A stretch of 64,000 nucleotides of DNA. It comes from an uncultured Gemmatimonadales bacterium (GTDB lineage Bacteria > Gemmatimonadota > Gemmatimonadetes > Palauibacterales > Palauibacteraceae). Below the pieces are notes generated by a model that was not told where the DNA came from, did not search any database, and was given only the letters and a program-made list of their open reading frames with translations. Location: NCBI GenBank assembly GCA_963783385.1, contig CAWANJ010000001.1, positions 96,001-160,000 on the forward strand, in the 5' to 3' direction. Positions 38,010 through 48,366 of the stretch are shown piece after piece. Numbering within the stretch: the stretch's first letter is position 1; every line of letters begins with the position of its first letter. A program made the translations under genes and the position numbers.

Positions 38010-38612
38010 ATGCCTGCACCGTCGACGTCATTGGAATGCGCGATCGCGCTGATCGTGCCGCTCATCGCGGCCGTCGGCCCGCTCCCCGGCACCCGGCGGG
38101 ATGTCGCGATGCACAGGGATGCGGCGGTCGTCGTGGCTCGATCCCCGGCTTCCCCCGTCTCGCGCGCGGCCTGCCTACTTCGTCCCCCCCTGTACCGCAT
38201 TCCGCTCAAGGCGGCGGGTTCGGTGACGGGCGCGGAGGGCGCAGCCGTCCTCCACCCGGCCTCCACGCTGTTCGGCGTCTCGGTGACAGCGGATGGTCAC
38301 GACCGGTTCATGGTGGAGGTCACCACGCGGGGCCTGCCGGCACCCGCCAGGCTCGGGGACTTCACGACATACGTGGCGTGGGCGGCTCGCGCCGACCTGA
38401 GCCGGATCGTCAAGCTCGGGGTTCTGGACTCGGAGGGACGTGCCTCCGGGGAGGTATCCTTCGAGAAGTTCCTGGTGTTCGTGACAGCCGAGCCCTCCGG
38501 GGACGTGACGCACAAGTCCGGCCCCATCCTGCTGCAGGGCCTGTCGCCGAGCGGCCAGATGAAGAACATGCTCACCGAGCCTCTCCTGAACGGCGGCATG
38601 CCGCCGTGCTGA
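38010..38612 (+). CDS. Hypothetical exported protein (RskA-C-like beta domain?)
   Basis: 3' part of ORF 37527..38612: hydrophobic N-terminus, GLPAP...TTYVAW, KFLVFVTAEP..D....SGPILL. Start uncertain. Confidence 0.6.
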   Translation: MPAPSTSLECAIALIVPLIAAVGPLPGTRRDVAMHRDAAVVVARSPASPVSRAACLLRPPLYRIPLKAAGSVTGAEGAAVLHPASTLFGVSVTADGHDRFMVEVTTRGLPAPARLGDFTTYVAWAARADLSRIVKLGVLDSEGRASGEVSFEKFLVFVTAEPSGDVTHKSGPILLQGLSPSGQMKNMLTEPLLNGGMPPC

Positions 38613-38637
38613 GCTGTTCCCGGTTCGCTTCATCGAC

Positions 38638-40371
38638 GTGACGTCGAGGAGTCCTTCCCTGCTCGAGTCCCCCCATCTCCGGCCGTGGCTTACCTTGGCC
38701 GCGGCGGCCGTGCTCGCCCTGCAGCCGGCCGCGCTCCGAGCTCAGCATGCCGCGCCGAAGGCACACGACGTGGCGGGCGACACGGCCGAGGTCATGGGCC
38801 GCATGCCCCCCATGCAGGCGGGCATGAACATGCGGCTGGGCCTGGCGAACGAGAGACCCTCCGTGCAGCCCTGGCTGCCGGGCGAGGGCGTCGACCCGTC
38901 GACGCTGCCCGAGGCCGAGCCCAACCACACGATCCGCATGTCGGACGGCGACACCCTGGATCTCACGGCCGGCCTCGTCCGGCGGACTCTCCGGGGCAAG
39001 ACCGTCATCATGTACGCTTTCAACAACCAGTATCCCGGACCGCTCATCCGGGTGAAGCGCGGCACGACCATCGTGGTGCGCTTCCACAACCACCTCGACC
39101 TGCCCTCGACCGTGCACTGGCACGGGCTCCGGATCGAGAACCGGTACGACGGCGTGCCGGGGGTTACTCAGAAGCCCGTACCGCCCGGCGGTGACTTCGT
39201 CTACCACGTGCACTTCCAGGATGCCGGGGTCTACTGGTACCACCCGCACGTCCGGGGCGACATCGAGATCAGCGCCGGCCTGTACGGGAACGAGATCGTC
39301 GACTCGCCGATCTACGGCTTCGACAATCCGGTCAACCGGGAGCAGCAGCTCATGCTCTCGGACCTGCTGTTCGACAAGCACGGGCTCTTCCCTTACGGCA
39401 AGACGATCGCCGACTTCGCCATCATGGGCCGGTTCGGGAATCTGTTCCTGGTGAACGGCGAGCCCGACTTCCACATGAAGATCCACGCGGGAGACGTGGT
39501 CCGGTACTACATCACGGATGTCTCCTCGAGCCGCTCCTACAACGTGGTGTTCGCCGGCGGCAAGACGAAGCTCGTCGGCGCCGACATGGGCGCGTTCGAG
39601 CACGAGGCGTGGGTCCCCTCCATCCCGATCGCCGTCGCGCAGCGTTACGTGGCCGAGGTGCGTTACGACTCGGCCGGTCGCTTCCCGATCCTCAACCGCG
39701 TGCAGGCCATCAACCACGTGAAGGGGACCTTCTTCCCCGAGGTGGACACGCTCGGGATGGTGGAGGTCTCGCCGCAGCCCGCCGACAGCGATTTCTCGAA
39801 GTCCTTCGGCACGCTGCACGACCGCGACTCGGTCCAGGCCGACATCGAGCGGTACCGGAAGTACTTCGACAAGCCCGTGGACAAGCGCCTGGAGCTCACG
39901 GTCAACATCCAGGGTCTGCCGGGCAGGGTGCAGACGCTGATGGCCTCGGACACGATGTACTATCCTCCCGTCGAGTGGAACGACGGGATGCCCAAGATGA
40001 ACTGGATCTCGACCGGTCACGAGGTCCGCTGGATCCTGCGGGATCCGGACACGGGCAAGGAGAACATGGACATCGGCTGGCACTTCAAGACCGGGTCGGT
40101 GGTGAAGATCCGGATCCACAACGATCCCCTGTCCATGCATCCGATGAACCACCCCATCCACTTCCACGGGCAGCGCTTCCTGGTGCTGTCGCGGGACGGG
40201 GTCCCGACCGAGAACCTCGTCTGGAAGGATACCGTGCTCGTCCCGGTGGGCAGCACGGTCGTCATCCTCATGGACGCATCCAACCCCGGCACCTGGTTCG
40301 CGCACTGCCACATCGCGGAGCACCTCGACACGGGCATGAAGATGACCTTCACCGTCGGGCCCTCGCCCTGA
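38638..40371 (+). CDS. Three-domain multicopper oxidase
   Basis: All copper motifs present: HWHG, WYHPH, HPIHFHG, HCHIAEH....M; N-terminal signal peptide. Confidence 0.93.
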   Translation: MTSRSPSLLESPHLRPWLTLAAAAVLALQPAALRAQHAAPKAHDVAGDTAEVMGRMPPMQAGMNMRLGLANERPSVQPWLPGEGVDPSTLPEAEPNHTIRMSDGDTLDLTAGLVRRTLRGKTVIMYAFNNQYPGPLIRVKRGTTIVVRFHNHLDLPSTVHWHGLRIENRYDGVPGVTQKPVPPGGDFVYHVHFQDAGVYWYHPHVRGDIEISAGLYGNEIVDSPIYGFDNPVNREQQLMLSDLLFDKHGLFPYGKTIADFAIMGRFGNLFLVNGEPDFHMKIHAGDVVRYYITDVSSSRSYNVVFAGGKTKLVGADMGAFEHEAWVPSIPIAVAQRYVAEVRYDSAGRFPILNRVQAINHVKGTFFPEVDTLGMVEVSPQPADSDFSKSFGTLHDRDSVQADIERYRKYFDKPVDKRLELTVNIQGLPGRVQTLMASDTMYYPPVEWNDGMPKMNWISTGHEVRWILRDPDTGKENMDIGWHFKTGSVVKIRIHNDPLSMHPMNHPIHFHGQRFLVLSRDGVPTENLVWKDTVLVPVGSTVVILMDASNPGTWFAHCHIAEHLDTGMKMTFTVGPSP

Positions 40372-40450
40372 ACCGGCGCGGCGTCCTGCAGGAGGCGCGG
40401 CCCACGACGGCCCGCGTCACTTCCTTCTCCCACGAACGAGAGGCGGAACG

Positions 40451-41839
40451 ATGAGAGGAGCGCTACGCAGCGCGGCGGCGGTTGTGGCCGCGGGCCTGTG
40501 GATCGGAGCCCCGATGATGCTCGGGGCCCAGGAGGCCCATCCGGACATGGGCTTCAAGAGCGAGGTCAAGACGGGGGGCAGCCCCAACATCCAGGTGCTG
40601 AGCCACCTCCCGGTGGGCGGCTACTTCGCCGCGGCGGACATCGAGATGGAGCAAGCCCCCGGACGTCCCTACGTATACGTGTCCATGATGGTCGGGACGC
40701 CGGACGGCCCGGGCACGGACGTCGTGGACGTGAGCGACCCGAGCCACGCCAAGGTGATCTACAAGTACCGGATCCCCAACCCCTCCCTGCACCAGGGCTC
40801 GGGCGGCATGGACGGGAAGTACTTCAAGCTGAACGACCACTACTATTACGTGCAGTCGTTCCAGTTTCAGCAGGGAACGCCCGACGCCGACCTCGGCGCC
40901 GTCGTCCTCGACGTAACCGGGCTCCCGGACGCCAAGAAGGTCAAGGTCGTAGCGGAAATCCGGAACCCGGACGAGCCGGGCGGCTTCCACAACATCTTCG
41001 CCTACAAGGCGTCCGATGGCCGTGACCTGCTGTTCACCACGGTCTCCGGCGATCACGCCAACATCTACGACCTGGCCAAGGTCGTGGCCGGGCACCCGGA
41101 CCAGGCGCTGGTCGGCAAGATCCCGGATCCGGTGGGGCAGGCCCAGCGCGCCTTCTATCACGACTTCTACGTGGCCTACGATCCGGCCACGCAGCAGGAC
41201 AAGTTCTACGGCGCCGGGGGGGGCGGTTACTTCGTATACGACGTGACCAAGCCCGAGAGCCCCAAGCTCCTCACCTCGATCCAGGGCGTGGCGGGCGTCA
41301 CCTGGGGTCACACGTTCACCCCCGATCCCAACGGGCGCTTCGCGGTCACCGAGACCGAGTACCAGTACGCGCCGCTCCGCCTGTTCGACCTGCAGCCGGG
41401 TCTCGAGGGCAAGACGTCGACGATCAACCACGCGATCAGCGCGTGGACGGCCGACTGGCGCGACCTCGCGCACAACCACGAGGTCCGCTGGCCGTACGTG
41501 TTCGTCTCCGGGTACGAGGACGGACTTCAGGTGTTCACGATGTACGATCCCTATCACCCCAAGACCGTCGGCTGGCACTACACCTGCGGCTGCAAGCACG
41601 CCGACGGGTACGGTGGTTGGCAGATCCTGCCCAAGCACGGCACCAGCGTGATGCAGGGTGCGTTCGGCGTGGACGTTCGCAATCGGGACGGCCTCATCGT
41701 GCTCAGCGACTCCAACAGCGGACTGTGGGTCTTCCGCATGGACGGATTCACCGGCTGGGATGGCAATGACTGGGGCATGCCTAACATCTCCAGCGTGCAG
41801 GACTGGGATCACGGTCCGGCGTACCAGGCCACACACTAG
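40451..41839 (+). CDS. Secreted LVIVD-repeat / choice-of-anchor-B-like beta-propeller protein
   Basis: Signal peptide; repeats VVDVSDP, VLDVTG, IYDLA, VYDVTKP, LFDL; blade histidines FHN, YHD, GHT, AHN. Confidence 0.7.
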   Translation: MRGALRSAAAVVAAGLWIGAPMMLGAQEAHPDMGFKSEVKTGGSPNIQVLSHLPVGGYFAAADIEMEQAPGRPYVYVSMMVGTPDGPGTDVVDVSDPSHAKVIYKYRIPNPSLHQGSGGMDGKYFKLNDHYYYVQSFQFQQGTPDADLGAVVLDVTGLPDAKKVKVVAEIRNPDEPGGFHNIFAYKASDGRDLLFTTVSGDHANIYDLAKVVAGHPDQALVGKIPDPVGQAQRAFYHDFYVAYDPATQQDKFYGAGGGGYFVYDVTKPESPKLLTSIQGVAGVTWGHTFTPDPNGRFAVTETEYQYAPLRLFDLQPGLEGKTSTINHAISAWTADWRDLAHNHEVRWPYVFVSGYEDGLQVFTMYDPYHPKTVGWHYTCGCKHADGYGGWQILPKHGTSVMQGAFGVDVRNRDGLIVLSDSNSGLWVFRMDGFTGWDGNDWGMPNISSVQDWDHGPAYQATH

Positions 41840-41892
41840 CGAGGAAGCGAGTCTCCGGACCGCCCGTCGGCCCGGAGGTCGCCCGGAGCGCC

Positions 41893-43002
41893 GTGTCCGA
41901 CCGCGCGGGTAGCCGCGGTCGGCCGGCACCCGGGAGCGCCGAACATCGCGGCCACGAGGCCGCCGCGCCCCGCACCGGGGCCGCGGCGGCCTCGTCGTAT
42001 CACCCCCTCCCCTTCCATCCGGCGCCCTGGCTCCCGGGCCCGCACGCGCAGACGCTGGCGGGCCGGCTGCTACGCCGGCCCGGGGCGCCCCCCTACCGCC
42101 GCGAGCGCCTGCAAACGCCGGACGGCGACTTCCTGGACCTCGATCGTCTCCACGACGCACCGGCTGCCTCCGACGTGCTGGTCCTGCACGGTCTCGAGGG
42201 CTCCTCGGCGTCGGGGTACGTGCGCGAAGCGGTCATGCGCCTGCGGGAGCGCGGCCTGCACGCTGCCGGCCTGAACTTTCGCTCGTGCAGCGGCGAGCCC
42301 AACCGAGCGCGCCGCTTCTACCATGCCGGCGACACACTCGACCTCGCCTTCGTCCTCGAGCGGCTCGTGGAGGCACGCCGTGGACGGCCCGTCGGACTCG
42401 TCGGCTTCTCCCTGGGCGGCAACGTGTTGCTCCGCTACCTGGAGGAGCGCCAGGCGTCGGCCGCGGAGCAGGTGTCCGCCGCGGTCGCCATCTCGGTGCC
42501 CTTCGACCTGGCCGTGGCCGCCGACAACATGGAGCGACTGCCGGGGAGCCTGTACGGCGCGTCCTTCCTGCGCTCCCTGAGACGCTCGGTCGAGGCCAAG
42601 GTGCGGCGGCGTGGTGTGGACCTTCCCCTGGAAGCCGTCCGCGCCGCCGGCACGCTCCGCGAGTTCGACTGTGCGCTCACCGCCCCGGTGCACGGCTTCG
42701 CGAGCGTGGAAGACTACTACGCCCGGTCCAGCTCGGGGCGAGCGCTGGACCGGGTGCGCGTGCCCACCCTGGTCGTGCACGCTCTCGACGACCCGTTCGT
42801 TCCCGCCTCCGCCCTGCCGGTCGCGGCCCTGTCCGGCAACGCATGGATCCATGCCGCCCTCCACGAGCACGGCGGCCACGTGGGCTTCGTGGAGGGACCG
42901 GCCCCGTGGGAGGCCCTCTTCTGGGCCGAGCGCGAGGCGGCCCGCTTCCTGGCCGCTCCCCCGGCGGCGCCGCCCGACGGTTGTTCGGGTCCCGAGCCGT
43001 AA
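41893..43002 (+). CDS. YheT-family alpha/beta hydrolase
   Basis: PHAQT, DGDFLDLD, LHGLEGSS.S.Y, NFRSCSGEPN, GFSLGGN, DDPF, HGGHVGF. Confidence 0.9.
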   Translation: MSDRAGSRGRPAPGSAEHRGHEAAAPRTGAAAASSYHPLPFHPAPWLPGPHAQTLAGRLLRRPGAPPYRRERLQTPDGDFLDLDRLHDAPAASDVLVLHGLEGSSASGYVREAVMRLRERGLHAAGLNFRSCSGEPNRARRFYHAGDTLDLAFVLERLVEARRGRPVGLVGFSLGGNVLLRYLEERQASAAEQVSAAVAISVPFDLAVAADNMERLPGSLYGASFLRSLRRSVEAKVRRRGVDLPLEAVRAAGTLREFDCALTAPVHGFASVEDYYARSSSGRALDRVRVPTLVVHALDDPFVPASALPVAALSGNAWIHAALHEHGGHVGFVEGPAPWEALFWAEREAARFLAAPPAAPPDGCSGPEP

Positions 43003-43073
43003 CTATCCTCAAGCCGATCGATTAGCGTCGCCAAACCCCCGGCTCGCGCCGGACATCCACCGGAGTCCACCAC

Positions 43074-43754
43074 GTGCCGACCCTGAGCCACCCGGAGCCG
43101 CTGCGCAACGAGGTCCGCAGGATCGTGCTGGAGAGGGTGCTGAGGGGGGAGCTGGCCCCGGGCGAGGACATCAACGAGACGGAGCTGGCCGAGCAGCTCG
43201 GCATCAGCCGCACGCCGCTCCGGGAGGCCCTCCTGGGCCTGGAGCACGAACGGCTGGTGGGCTCGAGCCAGGGACGCGGCTTCTACGTGTGGCCCCTGAG
43301 CGCCCGCGAGGCTCTCGACCTCTACGACGTCGTGGCCGGACTCGAGGGCTTCGGGCTCCGCAGCCTGGAGGAGGTCCCCGGGGGCCTGGTGGACGACCTG
43401 CGGCGCCTCAACGCCCGACTGGCCGACCTGGACGACGATCCGAGGCAGATGCAGGAGGTCGCGGAGCGCTGGCACGAGACCCTGCTGGCCGCCCTCGACG
43501 ACGTCCCCCTCGACGAGCTCCTCGACCTGGCCCGCAACCGCCTGCACCGCTACGTGCTGTTCGGGTTCGAGTTCGCGGTGGCGTACGGAACGGACGACCG
43601 GGACCTGGCCGTCCGCGAGCACCGCGCCATCGCCGACGCGCTAGAGCGCGGGGAGCTGGAGCGGGCGGCGTCGCTGCTCGAGACGCACCGCCGCCACGGC
43701 ATGGTGCTGCTCGAGCGCTGGCTGGAGGAGGCGAGCGAGACGCGCCCGAACTGA
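43074..43754 (+). CDS. GntR family transcriptional regulator (FCD/FadR-type)
   Basis: GELAPGE.INE.ELAEQLGISRTPLREAL..L..E.LV; C-terminal EH.AI.DAL..G. Confidence 0.92.
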   Translation: MPTLSHPEPLRNEVRRIVLERVLRGELAPGEDINETELAEQLGISRTPLREALLGLEHERLVGSSQGRGFYVWPLSAREALDLYDVVAGLEGFGLRSLEEVPGGLVDDLRRLNARLADLDDDPRQMQEVAERWHETLLAALDDVPLDELLDLARNRLHRYVLFGFEFAVAYGTDDRDLAVREHRAIADALERGELERAASLLETHRRHGMVLLERWLEEASETRPN

Positions 43755-43807
43755 GTCCCTCCGAGGCGACCTCTCGGCGTTCCGGCCGCGAGGCGACGAC
43801 CGGATGT

Positions 43808-43842
43808 GACGAAGGGCCGGGGTGATCCCCGGCCCTTTCGTC
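43808..43842. terminator. Probable bidirectional intrinsic terminator between gntR and susD-2
   Basis: AAGGGCCGGGG-TGAT-CCCCGGCCCTT stem with short T tails. Confidence 0.7.
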
Positions 43843-43913
43843 GTCACGAGCCCGGAGCTTGGGCTCCGGCCCGCTTCGTACCCTTCAGTGGCTCCGCTCC
43901 GGGAGCGCGCCCG

Positions 43914-45302
43914 CTACTGCCGGGCGTTCTGCTCGTCGAGCGGCACGGGATACGCCTTGTTCACGTAGCTCTCGTTCGCGCCCTGCGGCAGGTAGGCCGG
44001 ATTGTCCAGCAGGCCGTAGTGCCTGAGATCGATCCAGCGATGCCCTCCCTCGAACAGCAGCGAGAACTGCTTCTCGTACAGAAGCGCGTTCAGGGCCTGG
44101 TCGTGGCTCGTGAACGCGGGCAGCGGATCCAGTTTCCCGGACTTCGTCCGCACCTCGTTGAGGTCCGTCAGCGCCGCCCCGAGGTTGCCGAGCCCAATGT
44201 TGGCCTCGGCCCGCAGGAGGAGGAGCTCCTCGTTGCGGATGATGGGGACGGGCGACGTCAGGCTCGTATACAGGTTGAACCCGATATCCGACCCCGGACC
44301 GCTGAAGCTGCGGAAATTGATCGCGCGCGTCTTGCGAAGATAGCGGTCGTCCATCTGACCGTTGGACTGCATCTGCGCGCTGGCCGAATCGAACGGATTC
44401 GCCCGGATGTTCGGGTCGTCGCTGGGCTGGTACAGACCGTTGGTCTGGTCACCCGATCCGGTACCGTACACATCGTAGGCGCCCAGGTCGAAGGACGCGG
44501 TGCTGTCCACGAACGAATTGGACAGCGCGGTCAGCGCGCCGCTGAAGTCATCCGTGTACACGTCCACCCGCGCCTTGATGGCACGGTTGACGGTAGCGAA
44601 GGTGGCCGGCGTGTCGAAGCCGTCGAAGCCGGTGGTGAGCTGGAACGGGAAGTCCGCGCCGTCCCCGGCCGCCGTCTGGAGCTGCGAATTCGCATCGTCC
44701 AGCAGCGTCTTGATGTGCGCGTACACCGCGGCCTTGTTGACCGCCGGGGCCGGACCCGCGTTCACGTCCGTGCCCACGTCGACCGGGCAGCCCAGGCTGC
44801 CGTCGCAGTTGGTGTCGCGCGTCTCGACGATGACCAGGAAGTCGAGCGCCTGGATCGTCTTCACGAAGCCGATCGTGGCCGCCTTCTCGCCGGCCGACAG
44901 CTGGTCGGTGCCGACCGAGGCCACTCCGTCCAGCACGATGTTGGCCAGCCGGATGTTGGCGTACGGTGCGGCCCAAAGGCCCGCCCCGAAGCCGCCCGCG
45001 TTGAGCGGACCCTGGAGCAGCTCGTTGACGAACCGCGGATCGGCCACGTCGAGGACGTAGGACTCGCGGCCCAGAACGCCCATGGCGGATACCACGCCGA
45101 GCTCGCCGTCCTGGTAACCGCGGTGTCCGATCTCCATCCCCTGGATCGCGGCCGCGATCGAGGCCCGATCCGGTGAGGTCTGGAGGGCGCCCAGGTCCCC
45201 TCCGTTGTAGTTGGGTGTCTCCAGGTTCTTGCAGGCCGCCAGCCCCAGGAGCAGGGCCACGGCCATGACCTGGCTCGCGTGTCTACGCATCGAATGTCGC
45301 AT
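43914..45302 (-). CDS. RagB/SusD family outer-membrane lipoprotein (second copy)
   Basis: Lipobox LAAC; IIRNEELLLLRAEA, LLYEKQFSLLFEGGHRWIDLR. Alternative starts at 45332 and 45365. Confidence 0.88.
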   Translation of the reverse strand: MRHSMRRHASQVMAVALLLGLAACKNLETPNYNGGDLGALQTSPDRASIAAAIQGMEIGHRGYQDGELGVVSAMGVLGRESYVLDVADPRFVNELLQGPLNAGGFGAGLWAAPYANIRLANIVLDGVASVGTDQLSAGEKAATIGFVKTIQALDFLVIVETRDTNCDGSLGCPVDVGTDVNAGPAPAVNKAAVYAHIKTLLDDANSQLQTAAGDGADFPFQLTTGFDGFDTPATFATVNRAIKARVDVYTDDFSGALTALSNSFVDSTASFDLGAYDVYGTGSGDQTNGLYQPSDDPNIRANPFDSASAQMQSNGQMDDRYLRKTRAINFRSFSGPGSDIGFNLYTSLTSPVPIIRNEELLLLRAEANIGLGNLGAALTDLNEVRTKSGKLDPLPAFTSHDQALNALLYEKQFSLLFEGGHRWIDLRHYGLLDNPAYLPQGANESYVNKAYPVPLDEQNARQ

Positions 45303-45368
45303 CGTCGCTCTCCATCCCCCTGAAGTCGTCATCGCCCCTTCGGATCCGCGCGTGTCGGTCCGCATGGC

Positions 45369-48366
45369 TCAGAACCCCAGGTCCACGCCGAACCAGAAGC
45401 TCCGGCTCGGCGGGTAGGGGGCCACGTCGACGTTCCGACCGACCTGCTGGTTGCCGAAGTTGCTCACTTCGGGGTCGAGGCCCTTGTAGGGGGTGAAGGT
45501 GAACAGGTTGCGACCGCTCGCCGTGAACCGGACGCTCCGGAACGCCCCGCCGAACAGGCTGTGCACGGCGGCGTCCGGAAGCTGGTAGGAGAGCGACACC
45601 TCCCGAACCTTCAGGAACGAGCCCGACTGCGTGTATCCGCGGGCGTAGCCGCCCACGAAGCCGAGCAGGCGCTCGATGCCGTAGCAGTCGGGGAAGCACT
45701 CGGTCACCGGCCGCACGTTGCCGTCCGGCGTCGTGTAGTCCGGGCTGTTCCCGTACGCGTCGTACAGGAGCTGGGTCAGGTTGACGATGTCCTGCCCCTT
45801 GCGCCAGTCGAGCAGCCCGTACAGGCGCAGGCCCGCGTAGCGGAAGTCGTTGGAGAACGAAATCTCGAAGTCCGGGGTCGAGTTGCCCAGCGTCACCAGC
45901 TTCTGGGACCCGTCCGGGTTCGTGCCGGCCGTGCCGACGATCTGCGTGGCCGAGTGGCCCTGCTGAATGTAGAAGGCGCCCAGCGACGTTCCGAACCCGG
46001 CGTTCGACGGAATGAACGCGGGCACCGGCAGCGTCTGCACCCGGCTGCGGTTGAACTGGAAGTTGGTGCGTGACACCCAGCTGAAGTTGCCGGTCGCGAT
46101 GGGCGTGATGCCCAGCGAAGCCTCGCCGCCCCACGTGCGCAGCTCGCCGCCGTTGAAGAACTCGTTGGTGAAGCCCGTCGACGGCGCCACGCGCCGCTGC
46201 AGGATGAGGTCGCTGATCTTGTGGATGTAACCGGTCAGCGACAGCGTGGCGCGGCTGTCCAGGCCCGTGATGTCGGTCCCGAACTCGAACTCCGACTGGC
46301 GCTCGGGCTTGATGGCCGCGTCGCCCACGTTCCCGGGGAGCGCGAAGCCCTGGATCCCCTGAATGTTGCTGGTCACGCCCAGCGTGGTGAACTTCTGCTG
46401 CGCCTGCGGCTCGTTCCCCGTCTGTCCGAACGCGGCGCGCAGCTTGATCTCGTCGAACGGCCCGCCGAGGTTCGGGAACCGGAAGGACGCCGACGCCTTC
46501 GGATAGTAGTACAGGTGGGTGGGATCCCCGTTGGCGCCGCTCTGGTCGGCCCGGACCGCGCCGGTCAGCAGGAGCCGCTGGTTCATCCCCAGGAACTCCT
46601 CCTGGAGATAGAACCCGAAGTCCTTGACCTTGACCCGGTTCTGGAAGACCGCGATCTGTGTCCCCGCGTCGACCTTCCTCAGGCCGCCGTTCAGGTTCTG
46701 GGCCACGGTGCGGTCGATGTTCTGGTCGTTGCTCGAGTAGCTGGCTCCGGCCAATGTGGTGGCCGTGAAGGAGCCTGAGGACGGCGTGTACTTGTAGACG
46801 CCGTTGAGCTGGGCGGTCAGAGCCAGGTTGTTCGACTTGCTCAGCACCTCGGTGCCGGGCAGGCCGTCGGACGGCTCGAAGAAGACGCTCGGCGGAGAGA
46901 ACACGTCGTTCGTCTGGCCGAACCAGTCGGCCCCGCCGTTGAACACGAACTTGAGGTCGTTGTTGTCGTTGGCCACCGGATGGAACTCGGCGTTGGTCGA
47001 GCCCAGCAGGTGCCAGACGTTCTCGTCGTTCTGCAGCAGCGCCGCCGTCTGCAGCGGGTTGCTCAGGTTCCCCTGCGACACGTTCGGGATGAAGTTCCCC
47101 TGCGCGTCCTCCAGGGGCACGAAGCTCGGCGTGGCCGACAACACCATGTAGTAGCTGGTCTGGCTATTGTCGTTGTTGGTCAGGCCGCGGTTCGCCCACG
47201 TGCGGATGATGTTGCTGTTCAGCGTGATGTTGAACAGGTCGCCGAACTTCTGGGTCAGGTTCACCCGCCCCGACTCCTTCTCGAAGCCGGTGTTCTGGAC
47301 GATCCCCTTGTCCTTCCTGGCCAGGAGCGACCCGAAGTACTGCGTCTGGTCCGTGCCGCCGCTCGCCGAGCCGGAGCCCTGCCAGGACGGGTAGTGGTGC
47401 CCGGCCAGCTCCTTCTCGTGATCGAAGAACTTGCCGCCGTTGGCCGTATACACGGCCCCGAGCCCCGTCGCGTCCTGGGCATCCTGGGCGGAAGTGAAGC
47501 GGCGGGCGCCGATCGTGTTGGACAGCGAGTAGGTCCCGAGCTGGCCGCTCGAGCCGCACCCGCGGCTTGCCGGCCGAGCCATGCTTGGTGGTGATGATGA
47601 CCACGCCGTTGGACGCCTTGCCGCCGTAGATGGCCGCCGCGGCCGCACCCTTGAGGACCTCGATGCTGGCGATGTCCTCGGGGTTGAGGTCGGCCAGGCG
47701 GTTGACCGCGTTGTCCTGGCTGGAAGCGTTCTGGCCGCCCGACGCGGACGTGATCGCGTTGGCGTCCGAGGCGATGGCCGCGTCGCTCACGATCTGCCCG
47801 TCGATGACGAACAGCGGCGAGGCGGACGCGTTGATCGAGGAGATGCCGCGCAGCTGCACCTGCACGCCGCCGCCCGGGGCGCCGGAGTTGGAGGAGATCG
47901 TGGCTCCGGCCACCTTGCCGGCCAGCGCCTTGTCCACCGTCTCCTGCGGGACCTCGTTGAGCTGCTCGCTGTTGACCGTCGAGATCGCGTTGGCCGCGTT
48001 CTGCTGCGAGATCTGCGTGGCCTTACCGGTGACGACCAGCTCCTGCACCTGCAGGTAGTCGGTGAACAGCTTCAACGTGATCTGATTCGTTCCGGCCGGA
48101 ACCCTCACCTGGCGGCTCCGGTAGCCGATCCTGGAGATCTGCAGCGTGACCGGACCCGACGGCACGCCGTTGAGGACGAAGGTGCCGTTGTCCTCGCCGA
48201 GCACGCCGATCCGTGTGCCCATGACGATGACGTTCGGATTGGCCACCGGCTGCGCGCTGACGCTGTCGACGACCGTTCCACGGATGGTGCGTTCCTGGGC
48301 GTGCGCGGGTGTGACCGCGAACGCCGCGAGAACGAGTGTTACGAGCAAACCGAGCTTGTACCTCAC
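45369..48366 (-). CDS. SusC/RagA family TonB-linked transporter (second copy); +1 frameshift near 47550
   Basis: N-half in ORF 47164..48537 (DLNPEDIASIEVLKGAAAAAIYG.KASNGVVIITTK); barrel in ORF 45369..47648 (YKGLDPEV...DLGF); GGAGG RBS before GTG 48366. Confidence 0.88.

Noticed and set aside
38600-38640. TGC TGA at the end of the 38010 ORF as a possible second Sec read-through into the oxidase
   Set aside because: The oxidase ORF is in a different frame (25-nt gap) and has its own signal peptide, and no SECIS-like hairpin is evident.
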